A stretch of DNA of 64,000 nucleotides. It comes from Narcine bancroftii (lineage: Eukaryota). Below are positions 26,101-50,249 of this stretch, piece after piece. The notes under the pieces are model-generated. The model had not been told where the DNA came from. It did not search any database and worked only from the letters and a program-made list of their open reading frames with translations. The stretch's first letter is position 1, and each line of letters starts with the position of its first letter. The position numbers and the translations under genes were made by a program. The stretch lies in contig NC_091482.1 of assembly GCF_036971445.1 (NCBI RefSeq), positions 60,884,001 through 60,948,000 on the forward strand, written 5' to 3'.

Positions 26101-26136
26101 GACAACCAGCCGGCGCCAGCCCCGGACCGTCGCCAT
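2034..26136 (-). CDS. SPPL2A: Signal peptide peptidase-like 2A, whole gene (15 coding exons, 1584 nt, 527 aa)
   Basis: Exons 26062-26136, 25129-25248, 23415-23597, 22717-22806, 17540-17679, 15336-15484, 14822-14918, 14119-14220, 12631-12712, 10721-10795, 8933-8989, 7291-7390, 6486-6563, 3805-3965 and 2034-2108 join in frame with GT-AG ends. The product has a signal peptide, PA domain, catalytic YD and LGFGD, QPALLY, and a short tail with YEMM, which favours SPPL2A over the long-tailed SPPL2B. Confidence 0.93.
2170..2760 (+). mobile_element. CR1 LINE internal fragment
   Basis: Decayed pre-RT ORF2 region ending in LRVDKSLCL..MYP-like sequence. Confidence 0.6.
3805..3965 (-). CDS. SPPL2A: SPPL2A exon 14 (PAL motif)
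   Basis: tcag|AYAVGMVLTFVVLIAMKMAQPALLYLVPCTLITCAVTAWTRKEMRMFWTGCDYE|gttaga. Confidence 0.95.
4836..5056 (+). mobile_element. tRNA-derived SINE
   Basis: A-box TGGTTAGCGTAG, B-box GGTTCAAATCC and CR1-like tail; further copies at about 28020-28245(-), 35650-35880(+), 41380-41720(+), 53240-53455(-), 55485-55720(+). Confidence 0.75.
5472..6204 (-). mobile_element. Non-autonomous Chapaev3-like DNA transposon, copy 1
   Basis: Terminus CACTGGACAACAA after TTA; truncated transposase N-terminus RQCINSCNAFCYVCGEYTLK..KKAFEL; degenerate other end; collinear with the copy at 43995-44794. Confidence 0.72.
6486..6563 (-). CDS. SPPL2A: SPPL2A exon 13
   Basis: gcag|GLLVAYCRRFDVQTNHSSVYFILCTL G|gtaaag. Confidence 0.93.
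7291..7390 (-). CDS. SPPL2A: SPPL2A exon 12 (catalytic GxGD)
   Basis: ccag|LPVIIRVPRLVPSVATLCGIPFSVLGFGDIIVP G|gtgagt. Confidence 0.95.
8933..8989 (-). CDS. SPPL2A: SPPL2A exon 11
   Basis: tcag|NHKSVMVEVASGSGDGTEK|gtgaag. Confidence 0.88.
9400..10470 (+). mobile_element. CR1 LINE 3' fragments
   Basis: VIYMGFSKSFVKV, KKAYGILGFIKRGIEFRS..LQLYKSLVRPH remnants and CR1 3'UTR. Confidence 0.85.
10721..10795 (-). CDS. SPPL2A: SPPL2A exon 10 (catalytic YD)
   Basis: gcag|SCVILLVLLLIYDVFFVFITPLFTP|gtgagt. Confidence 0.95.
12631..12712 (-). CDS. SPPL2A: SPPL2A exon 9
   Basis: ttag|RWVWALHDCLGVAFCLNFMKTLKMPHFK|gtattg. Confidence 0.92.
12870..13500 (+). mobile_element. CR1 LINE 3' fragment
   Basis: [34 protein letters not shown]. 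Confidence 0.88.
14119..14220 (-). CDS. SPPL2A: SPPL2A exon 8
   Basis: tcag|SVSCCNRRIEIRLLLLGMFCVAVAAVWIVFRNED AG|gtaagt. Confidence 0.92.
14822..14918 (-). CDS. SPPL2A: SPPL2A exon 7
   Basis: tcag|VYMVIAIFSVAAALSLYNCLATLVRRIPHCKC AG|gtgagt. Confidence 0.92.
15336..15484 (-). CDS. SPPL2A: SPPL2A exon 6
   Basis: KSVHESREKSLGRTKTEESLAILTPITVLFFVAICSVMIVLLYFFYEWL G|gtgagg; the acceptor is an AAG and its exact position is uncertain by 6 nt. Confidence 0.82.
15600..16960 (+). mobile_element. CR1 LINE decayed fragment, with an L1-like 3' end inserted on the minus strand at about 16343-16452
   Basis: RT remnants (SGVPQGPVLGP) and CR1 3'UTR; the insert is the reverse complement of sequence at about 70-180. 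Confidence 0.8.
17197..17427. repeat. Fold-back inverted repeat of Penelope-derived ends
   Basis: Two ~115-bp arms in inverted orientation with almost no spacer, including a 34-bp perfect stem segment. Confidence 0.9.
17540..17679 (-). CDS. SPPL2A: SPPL2A exon 5 (TM1)
   Basis: ccag|VLGPNISAKLYSPPLPTMDYSILIIFTIAVMTVALGGYWSAMEEGE..AG|gtacat; this phase-2 donor was chosen to fit exon 6. Confidence 0.85.
17810..18274 (+). mobile_element. RTE-clade LINE 3' fragment
   Basis: LRWVGHVCRMEDHRLPKIVFYGEL..GAPKKRYKD; ends CGCGAAGCCAAGCCAAAG; same family as 49514-50207. Confidence 0.88.
18825..21845 (-). mobile_element. CR1 LINE, about 3 kb decayed ORF2, containing the 15-bp array
   Basis: SQHGFVKGR, LIEFFEEVTK..DMVYMDFSKAFDKV, WQIEFNLDKCEVMHFGR, RRFTRMLPGL remnants. 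Confidence 0.9.
20043..20770. repeat. Perfect 15-bp tandem array (GACTGTCCTCGAGAA) x ~48.5
   Basis: Identical 60-nt lines from 20101 to 20760; accounts for the LLEDS, RTVFS and LEKTV pseudo-ORFs. Confidence 0.98.
22717..22806 (-). CDS. SPPL2A: SPPL2A exon 4
   Basis: ccag|TLPSGNQSDYDKLKIPVALISYDDVLSMEK|gtaatt. Confidence 0.9.
23415..23597 (-). CDS. SPPL2A: SPPL2A exon 3 (PA domain)
   Basis: gcag|TEYPLQNLTSTDLCDSSDVPPGGIEDKIVVVKKGNCTLMNQTWIAMKNLANALVIATTSDL|gtaagt. Confidence 0.92.
25129..25248 (-). CDS. SPPL2A: SPPL2A exon 2
   Basis: ctag|AEAQEGILRASSNGSGLAVREYCVFFNPDWMPWPGSLANA|gtaagt. Confidence 0.9.
25293..25960. repeat. Bipartite purine-rich minisatellite in SPPL2A intron 1
   Basis: GGGACAAGCTGAC-Gn-AA(GA)n units to about 25790, then GGGGCCGGAACGA-Gn-(GA)n units. 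Confidence 0.95.
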
Positions 26137-26460
26137 AACTCCTCAAACACTCCACTGCGCAGGCGCCGCCGCCAGCCTGGTGTGCGCAGGCGCAGGGCAG
26201 ACTTGAATTCGGGATACTTTTTTTTCCGCGAGTTTGTGTCGTCATCAATTTGCAGGCGCCGCCTAACGACAGGGAGGCGCATTGCCTCCTGATGGCGAGG
26301 AGGAACAACTGCCACGAACAGGCCACGTGCATTTCTGTAGCGTCCGGTACCACCTGAGGAATTTGCAACTATTGATCAGGCGTGACTGCCCAGCCTTCCT
26401 TGCCCTGGAGAGGTGGTGCTGGACCGCCTGGTGCTGGTGGGGAGGTTTCCCCGCAGGGTC
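25960..26460 (-). promoter_or_regulatory. SPPL2A CpG-island promoter with NRF1-type sites and an E-box
   Basis: CpG-rich region around exon 1; TGCGCAGGCGC at 26156-26166, TGCGCAGGCGCA at 26183-26194, CACGTG at 26324-26329. Confidence 0.7.
26062..26136 (-). CDS. SPPL2A: SPPL2A exon 1 (signal peptide)
   Basis: MATVRGWRRLVVVLLLLLLLFGMSQ then CAG|gtggct donor; lies in a CpG island. Confidence 0.88.
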
Positions 26461-26789
26461 CAGGACAAGAGGGCAGGATTAAGGGGGAGAGGGAGGGGAA
26501 AGTGTATGAGGTAGTTGAACAGGCCCTTGAACAGATAAGGAGACAGACTGAATAGGGGCAAAGGGATTAGTGTCAATGGGACAGGGTCAACTTGGATGTC
26601 ATGGGCTGAAGGGCCTGCACTGGGCTCCAAATGTAGGACTCTCTGACCTAAACGGTTGACTGGTTCTTTGTCCTTAGAAGCAGCCTGACCCACTGCATTG
26701 CCATTGGTTTCTGATGTAGCTCCCAGGCTGGAGCTTCCCCAGCTATCTTTACTCCCCTGGTCCAATCCCTCCCCGCCTACATCCACAAC

Positions 26790-27320
26790 ACCTCACGTGC
26801 CCTCCATCCCCTCAGTGACTTCAGATTCCCTGAACTGGACTGTCTCATCTTCACGATGGATGTCCAATTCCTTTAAACCTCCAATCCCCCACACAGATCT
26901 GAAAGCACTTGGCTTCTTCCTGGACTAAAGACCTGACCAGTCTCCCTCAACCATCACCCTCCTCCACCTGGCAGAACTTGTCCTCACTCAAAACTACTTC
27001 TCCTTCAACTCATCCCACTTCCTTAAAGGAGCAGCCATGGGTAAAAAATAAAAAATAGCCATCCATGCTCCAAGCCTACACAGGCAGCAGAACCCTCAAC
27101 TCTTCCTCCGGTATATCAACGACTACATTGGGGCTGCCTCGTGCACCTGCGATGAACTTGTCAACTTCATCCACTGTGCGGCCAACTTCCACCCTGACCT
27201 CAAACTCACCTGGCCCATCTCCAACAGCACTCTCTCCTTCCTGGATCTCTCTGACTCCATCTTGGGAGACAAGCTTTCCAATGACATTCTATAAACCCTT
27301 CAACTCTGATACTCCTGTAC
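26790..27320 (+). mobile_element. Penelope-like element RT fragment
   Basis: Frameshifted LIFTMDVQ, GAAMG and FLRYINDYIG motifs of Penelope RT. Confidence 0.75.
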
Positions 27321-28877
27321 CTCTTCCCCAAGGAGAGCAGCTGAAAGCTGATTTTTTTTTTGTGCCCTCTTCACATTATGATCCTGGTAGATCACATCGA
27401 TGGAGATCGGGGGGGGGTGGGGGGGAAGAAGACACAAGTGATCCTTTGTCATTCTTTTGGTCCTGTGGATTGACCTCCCACCCAATTCTCTGCAGCATTT
27501 GTACCACACTGTGATGCAGCCAGCTCTCCATAGAGCTCCTGTTGAAGGTTGACATAAATAGCCCACTTCAGAACGCAGTGATCACATCCACAATCATGCC
27601 GGTTGGAAGAGGCCATTCTTCCCACAACTCCATGCTGACCAGTGGGCATCTATCCATAATCCCATCTCCCAGCACATCCAGCTGAACGACTAAAGAAATT
27701 GCTCACATTAACCATCAGAGACACTCATATTCATGAAAAATTATTTATTAATATATATACAAATACTTGTCCTTCATGTGTATTGTTTTTCTGTATGTGT
27801 TATATCTAAATTTTTTGGACTGAGAACCAGAGAACACTATTTCATCAGGGTGTGCTTGTACAATCAGATGTCAATCAATGGACTTAATCCTGTCACATTC
27901 TCTGCCTGGGTGATTCAGTCTTCATCTGGACACTTGAAACTGCTTCCATGTGTGTTCCAGGTACCTATTGCTTTCTGGGTGAAGAAAGTCCTCTGATCCC
28001 CTCCAACTCCTGACTCCTTGCCCTAAATTTAAACATACAACAGGGCAACAGACAGGCCCATGCCACTCAATTGACCTACAACCCCTGGTACATTTTGATG
28101 GGTGGGAGGAAATGGAATACCCAGAGGAAACCCATGCAGACATGGGAACAACATACAAACTCCTTACAGTGTGGGATTCAATCTCTAGTTCTGTTTGTGC
28201 TGTAACAGGGTCATGCTAACTGCTACACTAACCATGCCTCCCCTAGTTTTATTTACTTCTGACATGAGAAGTTTTCCACATAGTTATAATTCCCTTTAAC
28301 CTGCCCTGCTCCATGGTATACATATCCAGCCTCACTGAAACATCCCATCCTAAGCAACATTCCTGAGAATCTCCTCTGCACCCCCTCCAGTGCTGTCAAC
28401 TCCCTCCAGTGACCAGATCTGCAGTACTCCCTCTGAAGTCTGACCAGAACAAAGCTGAAGCATACACTCCCAGCTCTCATCTTCAATGTTCCAACTAATG
28501 AAAGCCAGTATCACCTTCAAGGATCTTTGCTCCCATACTTTTAATGTCCCCTCCTCCATTTCTGGCATACATCCTCATCTCATTTGAACTCTGAAAGTGC
28601 TCATTTTGCCTGGTCCTACATCACTGGGTCAAATCCGGGAACACCCTCCCTCCCTGATGGGCAGCACCTTCACCAGAAGAAGGGCAATGATGGGGGGAGG
28701 CAGCTCACCTCCATCCTCGTGGGCAAGAGGGACATGATGAATGCCGGTCTCCCCATAGTACTTAGATCCCAACAATTACCAGACATTTAGCACTAAAAAC
28801 AGCATCCTATCAACTATTCAAGATCCAGCTCTTTAAACGTGAACATCTTGACACTCCCTGCCATCTCTGGATCCAGT

Positions 28878-29790
28878 CAGTGTGGATCGGTAACAACGTC
28901 TCCTCCTCACTGATGATCAACAAAGCCTCACCTCAAGGATGTGTGCTTAGGCCACTGCTCTACTCTCTCTACACCCATGACAATTCAAATGTCGTCTGTA
29001 GATATGCCGATGACACCCCGGCTGTCATCAGAATCACAGGTGGCAAAGAGGAAGCATACAGGAGGAAGCATATGTGTCACAACAGTAACCTTGCACTCAA
29101 TGTTAGCAAAACCAAGGAGCTGATTATGGATTCAGGAGGGGGAAATCAGGAGAACATAAACCAGTCCTCATTGAGGGATCAACACTGGAAAAGGTTAAGA
29201 ACTTCAAATTCCTGGGTGTGAACATCTCTGAAGATCTGTCCTGGGGCCTTCAGGTCGATGCAATCACAAAGAAGGCTCGCCAGTGGCTATACTTTGTGAG
29301 GAGTTTGAGGAGATTTGGTATGTCACCTAAGACTTGTAAATGTCTACAGGTGGAGAGCATTCTGACTGGTTGCATCACTGCCTGGTATGGAGATGCCAAT
29401 GCACAGGACAAGGAAAAATAAACTAGAGTTGTGAACATGGCCAGTGCAATCACAGGCACCAGACCACTCTATCAAGGACATCTACCAGAGGCAGTATCTG
29501 AAGAAAGCAGCCTCTATCCTCAAGGACTCCCAACACCCAGTCTATGCCCTCTTCACTGCTACCACTGGGAAGGAGGTGCCTGAAGACAAAGACCCTGTGG
29601 CACAAGGACAGCTTCTTCCCCTCTGCCATCAGATTTCTGTATGGACAATGAACCACAGACACTACCTCGATTTCTCATGTTTGCACTAATTTATTTATTT
29701 TGAAATGTAATTTATAGCAATATTTGTACCATAATTCTGCCATAAAACAACAAATTTTGTGACATGTTCCTGACAATAAATTCTGATTTG
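28878..29790 (+). mobile_element. Rex1/Babar LINE 3' fragment
   Basis: PQGCVLRPLLYSLYTHD, YADDT, LNVSKTKELIMD, SILTGCITAWYG; tail AATAAATTCTGAT. Confidence 0.85.
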
Positions 29791-30064
29791 GATCCAGTTT
29801 CCGGGTGCGTACTGATGGGAAGGATCTCACACAGCAGAGCATTTTATGCCACCTATTGAAGGCATTGTCCCTCAAGGAAGATGAAGGAGTGGGTCTCTAT
29901 TCTCCAAGGTTTCTCCATGCAGAAAAAAATGGAACTACGTGGTCAGTGACACAGGATGTTTAGTACGTGCGAGTGTGTGGTGAGTGTGCACTCTCAGTAC
30001 ATGTGGGTGTGGGTTAAGTGTGCAACGTCAGTGCGTGGGTGGAGTTTAGCATGTGCAATGTCAT

Positions 30065-30925
30065 TGCGTGCAGATGATACGAAGGTAGGTGGAGGAGCAG
30101 GTAGTAAGAGGAAACATGGAGGCTGCAGAAGGACTTGAACAGATGAGAAGTGGCAAATGAAATACATTGTTGTAAAGTATAAGGTCATGCACTTCCGGTA
30201 GAAAAAAGTAAACAGGCTGATTGTTTTCTAAATGAGCTGATAATTGAAAATTCCCAAATGCAAAGGGACCTGGGAGTCATTGTGCAGGATACCCTGAAGG
30301 CAAACTTGCAGGTTGAGAAAGCAAATGAAATTCTTGCATTCATTTCAAGAGGGAATAGTATCAGGCAGGATTATGATGTTGAGGCTTTATTAGGCACGGG
30401 TGAGACCTCACTTGGAGTGTTGTGCGCAATTTTTAAGCTTCTTATTTAAGAAATGATTTGCTGACATTAGAGAGGGTTCAGAGGAGGTTCACAAAGATGA
30501 TTCTGGGAATGAAAGGGGTATCACATGAGTATTTAATGGTTATTGGACTGTACTCGTTGGAGAGGAGAATGAGGGGGGATCTCATCAAAACATTACATAT
30601 GCTGGAAGGTATGAACGGAGTAGATGTAGAAAGGTTGGGAGAGTCGAGGACAAGAGGGCGCAACCTCAGAATTGAAGGGGATCTGCTAAGATCAGAGATG
30701 TGTAGGAATTTCTTCAGAAAGTGGTAAATCGGTGGAATTTGTTGTCACAGTTGGTTATGGAGGCCAGGGGATTGGATGTATTTAAGGGAGACATTGATAG
30801 GTTATTGATTAGCCAGGGCATCAAAGGTTATAGGGAGAGGGCACACTGAGAGGGAAAAGTGATCAGCTCATGATTAAATTGTGGGGCATACTCAATGGAC
30901 TACTTCTGTTCCTCCATCTTATGGA
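30065..30925 (+). mobile_element. CR1 LINE 3' fragment downstream of the SQOR stop codon
   Basis: ADDTKVGG, QRDLGVIVQD, LERVQRRFTKMILG remnants. Confidence 0.87.
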
Positions 30926-31109
30926 CATGGTGCGTGCTGAGTGTGCAACGTCAGTGTGCATGGGTCTGTGGTGAGTGCATAATGCCACATGTCGGTGGTG
31001 TGTGTTGAATAGAGAATGTCACTGCTAATATATACCCTTCGAGTGTGAAATGAGCCCGATTGAGTGTGTCGATGGTGCTCTGTTACAATCAGTGAGCGAG
31101 GGCTAGTGT

Positions 31110-44794
<13,685 letters not shown>

Positions 44795-46362
44795 GTCAGA
44801 GGTTGAAACCAGATTCCCCTCACTCCAAGCCTGCCCAACGAGAACACCCTGGGGATGTAACAGATCTTTCACAGGAGGGGCTGGCAACGTTCTACTATGG
44901 GAGGAGAAATGGAAAACAACTCAGCAGGTAAGGCAGCATTTGTGGAGACTGAATCAGTTACACTTTTAGTTAGAGAGGCAGCATTGAATTGTTTATTGTC
45001 AGATGGTACTGAGATGTAGAACAACGCATGTTTAGAGTGCTATCCAGCCAAGTCAAATCATGTAGCAGGTAGAGCAATAGCAAATAAACAGGTAAAAGTG
45101 CAGGAATTCATGTTAGACATCCAAAATGTAGAGAAATGTAGCTGAAACAGTGCAAGGACAAGTTCCAAGGGTGTGGGGAAGGCAGAAACTTACCACATTC
45201 TAGAAACATTTGGGCAAACCGTTGGATCAGACAGACCCAAGGTGGGTACAATAATTGAGCTGCGGTTGGTTGAAGGGCTGTTTCTGTGCTCCAGCTGAGA
45301 GTAGGTGAAGGATGCAATGTTTCGAAAGCACCAGCCCATGTAAACCCAAACTCTGAACGAGGCTCTGCATCTGAAGTGGCGGCAGAGAGCTAAGGGGAAA
45401 GTCTGCATTCACTGGGGTCAAGAGTTGTACACAAACGAGCTGGAGAAACTCAACAGGCCTTACAGCACGAGGAAGTAAAAGGGAACCAACCTCCACGTTG
45501 GGCCTACTCTTCATCAGGAAACGGAGAGATTGGTCTGTTCTTTCACAGGACCCTCTTTAGCATTTCTTTCTCCTATTGTCAGGGGGAGCCAGGCAGGGCC
45601 AGATTAAGGTAATGTGGGCGTGTAGCATATATAATAAAGGGGCCCTAAATTGTGCTGGCTGGCCCACACGCGGTCCTAAATAGTACCTGCCAGTGCATGC
45701 CCGGTGAGAGGGAACTGTGATGACTGTACACGAAGTGCCGGCTGGTGCATGGACAATGAGGGGGGGGGGGGAATGAGGGGGGCCCCCCCTCCCCGAGAGA
45801 GTTTCTGTCGCTGACTCTGCATTTCTTCCATTTTGTTGTTTGAAATAGTCTTAATTATTCTTAACAAAATTATGCTAACTTTCTCGGATCACTATATATT
45901 CAGTGATTACATCCTTGATGAAAGCTTATAATAATTTTTGCTACCACCTCTTTAAGCTTTCATATTTCCCACCAATCCATCCCCCCCTCAAACCCAAACA
46001 GCTATTATATAACACGGATAGTATTACTTACATGTAGGTATCAATTTCAAATGTCAAAAGTATTTGCTCTAGAAGTGTGCCCCAATACTATTGTTCAGTC
46101 TCCATTTCTTTCACGGTGGGAATTGACAAATTCTGCAACAGCTGGGAGATATCATCTCATAGTCTGCGTTAATAACCCTGATTAAAGGTGACAATTGTTA
46201 TGTAAATACACTTGCGTGTGTATGATGTTATCACTCATATATACTGTGTACTGGGGGAACCATCTTTAACTTGTACTAAACCATGAGAGAAGCTTCACGT
46301 CTCTGTGAAGTTATGTATTGCTAACGGTGGCAATGAAGATCGAAATGGACCTGTACTCCTGA

Positions 46363-46930
46363 CAGTGGAGGGAAGATTTAAAAGAGAAATGCCAGATTTT
46401 CAACACAGTGGACCCCACAGACCCAATATATATGAAGCAGATATGGAATTGGTTGGATAAAGATCAAAGAAAATCTTTTGAGAACAGCAATAGCAGCAGC
46501 GAAGAAATGTGTAGCAAAACGGAGAATTGATAGATGGAACATTGAGATGCAAAACTGTATACCATTAAAAAAAAAATAACTTATAGTTTAAGGAGAATCA
46601 GATCGGGAGTTTTTAATAACATTTTGAACACATATGGATTTCGTGAATAAAGGTCCATCCACATCCTCCACATCACCCGCTCCTCTCAGCTAATAATAGA
46701 AAACAAAATAACTATGGTAATAATACCGAATGTATAGATTTAGGTGTTTACTTTCTTTCCCTTTTTCTTTCTTTTCTTTGGGGGGGGGTAGGAGGGAAGA
46801 GGGGGTGGGGGAGAAAATAGATACAATTGTTTGTATCCTTTAGTATTATGTTATTATAAGGTATTATCTTTATTGAGTTTAATGTTTGTATTGATGTAAA
46901 TGATGAATAAAATTTTCAAAAAATAAAAAA
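46363..46930 (+). mobile_element. L1/Tx1-like LINE 3' fragment nested in the Gypsy element
   Basis: ORF2 C-terminal remnant (AIAAAKKCVAK..WNIEMQNCIPL), G-rich 3'UTR, AATAAA and A-rich tail; CAGTGGA on both sides as a candidate TSD. Confidence 0.6.
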
Positions 46931-48951
46931 CCAGTGGACCCCACATCCCCCACCACAGAGAACAAAGATCAGAAGTCTCAAAATGGTGGGAAACATGGAG
47001 GTAAAGTTTGGAGAATTCGTGGAGTCCGAAGAAAACTGGTTTAACTATGTATAAAGATTTGATCACTGCTGTCTAACCTATAATATTTATGAGACACCAC
47101 CCTATAAGCCAAAAGCATTCACTGTTTTTGAGCCTAATGGGCAATAAAACATTTGATCTACTCAAGTCCCTGAGAATCTGGGAACAAAATTGTACTTTCA
47201 ATTGTGTACAATAGGGGCACATCCGAGTCCTAAACTACCAATTATGGCTGAAAGACAGAGATTTTATGAGAGAAAACAAAGAACAGGCGAAACTGTAGGT
47301 GAATACTTGGCTGGATTATGCAAACTAGCAAAACAAGTGATTTTGATCAATTCCTAACCCAAGCATAATGAGATCACTTAGTGATGGGTTTGGCCGACCG
47401 CAATACCAAACCAAAATTTCTAAATGTAGCATTTAAGATAGTCTCTGGCTCAGAAATGGTCGATAAAAACTTGGACATCGGCCAAAAGGATCTACTAGTT
47501 GGGAAATTTTCCCGCCAAGAATGCTCCTGGTGCAGGAAATACAACCACAGTTCAAATGATTGTTATTTCAGGAAATAAAGAAGGACACATCAGCACCAGT
47601 TGCCCAAGGGGGGGAAAAAAGGAAAAATTGATTAAAAAAACAGAAACCAAAATGCGAAAAGCACCCATCCAGGGTGAAAACAGTGGAAGGATGAAAGCCC
47701 TAGCACCAGCAAAGAAACAAAGACAAGCAGTCTATATCCATTGGAAAATCAGCATCAAACCTCTCTGCATGGAGTTGGACACGGGGGCAGCATTGTCACT
47801 AAAACAACAACTGCTACCCTAGCTCCCCATCAATAAAACCAGTACGATTTTAAAGAGAGTCACAGGGGATCAGGTCACAATTTTTTGGACATGCAGCTTG
47901 AAGACTACCCCTCTACATTGTGGACACAAAGGGGCCAGCACTATTCGGAAGAAACTGGCTTGCACACATTCAGTTAGACTGGGTCAAAATTGGATCAATA
48001 ATGAACTTAAGCCAGGAAGAGCAGGCCCAGCCAAAACTGGAACAAGTTCTCAAGAAGTATCAATCAGTTTTCGATAAAGGCCTAGGAAAAATCCAGGGAG
48101 TCCAGGCGAAACGACAACTGAAATCAAGTGTGGAACCAAAGTTCTTTAAGCCCAGAATGGTACCCTTTGCAATAAAAAGAAAGACTGAATTAGAACTCAA
48201 TAGATTAGAAAATGGTTGGGTAACTCCCATTGTGCCAATGCGAAAAGCCAATGGAGAAATCCAAATTTTGTGGTGATTACAAAGTCACAGGTTTTACAGA
48301 TACTTGAACATCCTATGCCCAAAGTGGAAGAATTATCCCAGGCCCTGAACGAGGGGTAAAGAAATTCACAAAACTGGATTTATCACAGGCATACCAACAA
48401 ATAGAGTTGGACGAAGACTCAAAGAAATATGTGCCAATCAATACTCACTTAGGGTTATTCACCTATACCTGAATGCCATACTATATGCCCTGGCTATATA
48501 AGAAACCATGGACAAATTATTACATGGCATCAAGGTAGGATGTTATCTCAATGATATCATAATTACAAGTCAGGACAACTCTGAGCACCTATCCAACCTA
48601 AAATGTCCTAACCCGACTGCAACAAGCAAATGTCCGTCTGTGACAGGACATGTGTATTTATGGCACCATCTGTCACATATCTGGGGAACACCATTAATAG
48701 TGAAGGAGTCCGAATGGACACCGCTGGTAGCGAAGTTGTCCACAGAGCACCACACCCAACAAACTGAGCAGAATTGCAGTCATTCTTGGGTTTGGTTAAC
48801 CATTACCGAAAGCACATTTCAAATATGTCAACGCTCTGCAACCTGCTAAATCAGTTGCTGAGAAAAGACCAAAAATGGTGTTGGAATGAAGAGACTAGTA
48901 ATGCAGTGAATTGCTGTAAAGAACTGTGTAGGGGGGGGGGGGGGGGGGGGC

Positions 48952-49139
48952 TGTGGTGATAGGTAATTACACCACTAGGTCATCAGGGGTCATCCTGGTG
49001 ACCTTATATATAAAGCAGTCCAGAGCTACAGTCTGGCCTTCCAGGTTCGTCTTGCAGAGAGACAAGACCTCTCAGTGTACATATTAGTTTATTAAAGCAG
49101 TCTTGTACTCGCACTGCTGGTGTGGTTACTGTCAGTACA
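48952..49139 (+). mobile_element. Solo LTR (188 bp) inserted in the 3' LTR of the Gypsy element
   Basis: TGT...ACA ends, TATATAAA and ATTAAA inside; splits the actgtgta-ggggg / gaccatct sequence that is continuous in the 5' LTR. Confidence 0.7.
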
Positions 49140-49513
49140 GGACCATCTCTAACTTGCATTAAACCATGAGGGGCTTTCAGGTGGCTAAAATCCCCGATTG
49201 TAAAGCTGCATCACATCACTGTGCTTCTACATCACAACAGCGATTTTAGCCAATTAGCACCTTTAATTGGGATTATTAACCCAGACAATGGGATTGTGTT
49301 ATTTCCCAGCCGCTCCACAAAGGTGAAAACGAAAATACTTAAATTAAACACCCAGTCAGTCATTCATTCATAATACATAGTACATAAAGTAACAGAGCAA
49401 GTCAGCAAGCATTTATAAAAGCATTTTATAAATGCCTGGACCATTTGCTACAACCTTACTCTGGCCCTGGAGCCAGGCAGGCATTGCTCATGGTGACATG
49501 CCTTAAAGTATCA

Positions 49514-50207
49514 TTCTTCTTTGGCTTGGCTTCGCGGACGAAGATTTATGGAGGGGGTAAAAGTCCACGTCAGCTGCAGGCTCGTTTGTGGCTGACAAGT
49601 CCGATGCGGGACAGGCAGACACGGTTGCAGTGGCTGCAGGGGAAAATTGGTGGGTTGGGGTTGGGTGTTTCCTCCTTTGCCTTTTGTCAGTGAGGTGGGC
49701 TCTGCGGTCTTCTTCAAAGGAGGTTGCTGCCCGCCAAACTGTGAGGCGCCAAGATGCACGGTTTGAGGCGAGATCAGCCCACTGGCGGTGGTCAATATGG
49801 CAGGCACCAAGAGATTTCTTTAGGCAGTCCTTGTACCTCTTCTTTGGTGCACCTCTGTCACGGTGGCCAGTGGAGAGCTCGCCATATAACACGATCTTGG
49901 GAAGGCGATGGTCCTCCATTCTGGAGACGTGACCCACCCAGCGCAGCTGGATCTTCAGCATCGTGGGCTCAATGCTGTCGACCTCTGCCATCTCGAGTAC
50001 TTCGACGTTAGGGATGAAAGCGCTCCAATGGATGTTGAGGATGGAGCGGAGACAACGCTGGTGGAAGCGTTCTAGGAGCCGTAGGTGATGCCGGTAGAGG
50101 ACCCATGATTCGGAGCCGAACAGGAGTGTGGGTATGACAACGGCTCTGTATACGCTTATCTTTGTGAGGTTTTTCAGTTGGTTGTTTTTCCAGACTCTTT
50201 TGTGTAG
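49514..50207 (-). mobile_element. RTE-clade LINE 3' fragment, young
   Basis: Open ORF2 C-terminus TKISVYRAVVIPTLLFGSESW..RFHQRCLRSILNIHW..LRWVGHVSRMEDHRLPKIVLYGEL; short (GAA)n tail. Confidence 0.92.
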
Positions 50208-50249
50208 ACAATAAAAGGAACCTTCGAACTCTTGGAAGGCGAGTAACGC

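Larger units (their letters stand above)
46196..49172 (+). mobile_element. Decayed Gypsy-type LTR retrotransposon with nested insertions
   Basis: Short 5' LTR about 46196-46326, PBS-like TGGCAATGA, gag with CCHC-like remnants, protease MELDTGAALS, RT remnants (WVTPIVP, KLDLSQAYQQI, YLNDIII, QSFLGLVNHY); 3' LTR remnant at 49140-49172 matches 46257-46290; many frameshifts and no integrase seen. Confidence 0.85.

Noticed and set aside
26324-26386. CLEAR/TFEB element in the SPPL2A promoter
   Set aside because: Only a core CACGTG with non-CLEAR flanks and a partial GTCACG; too weak to call
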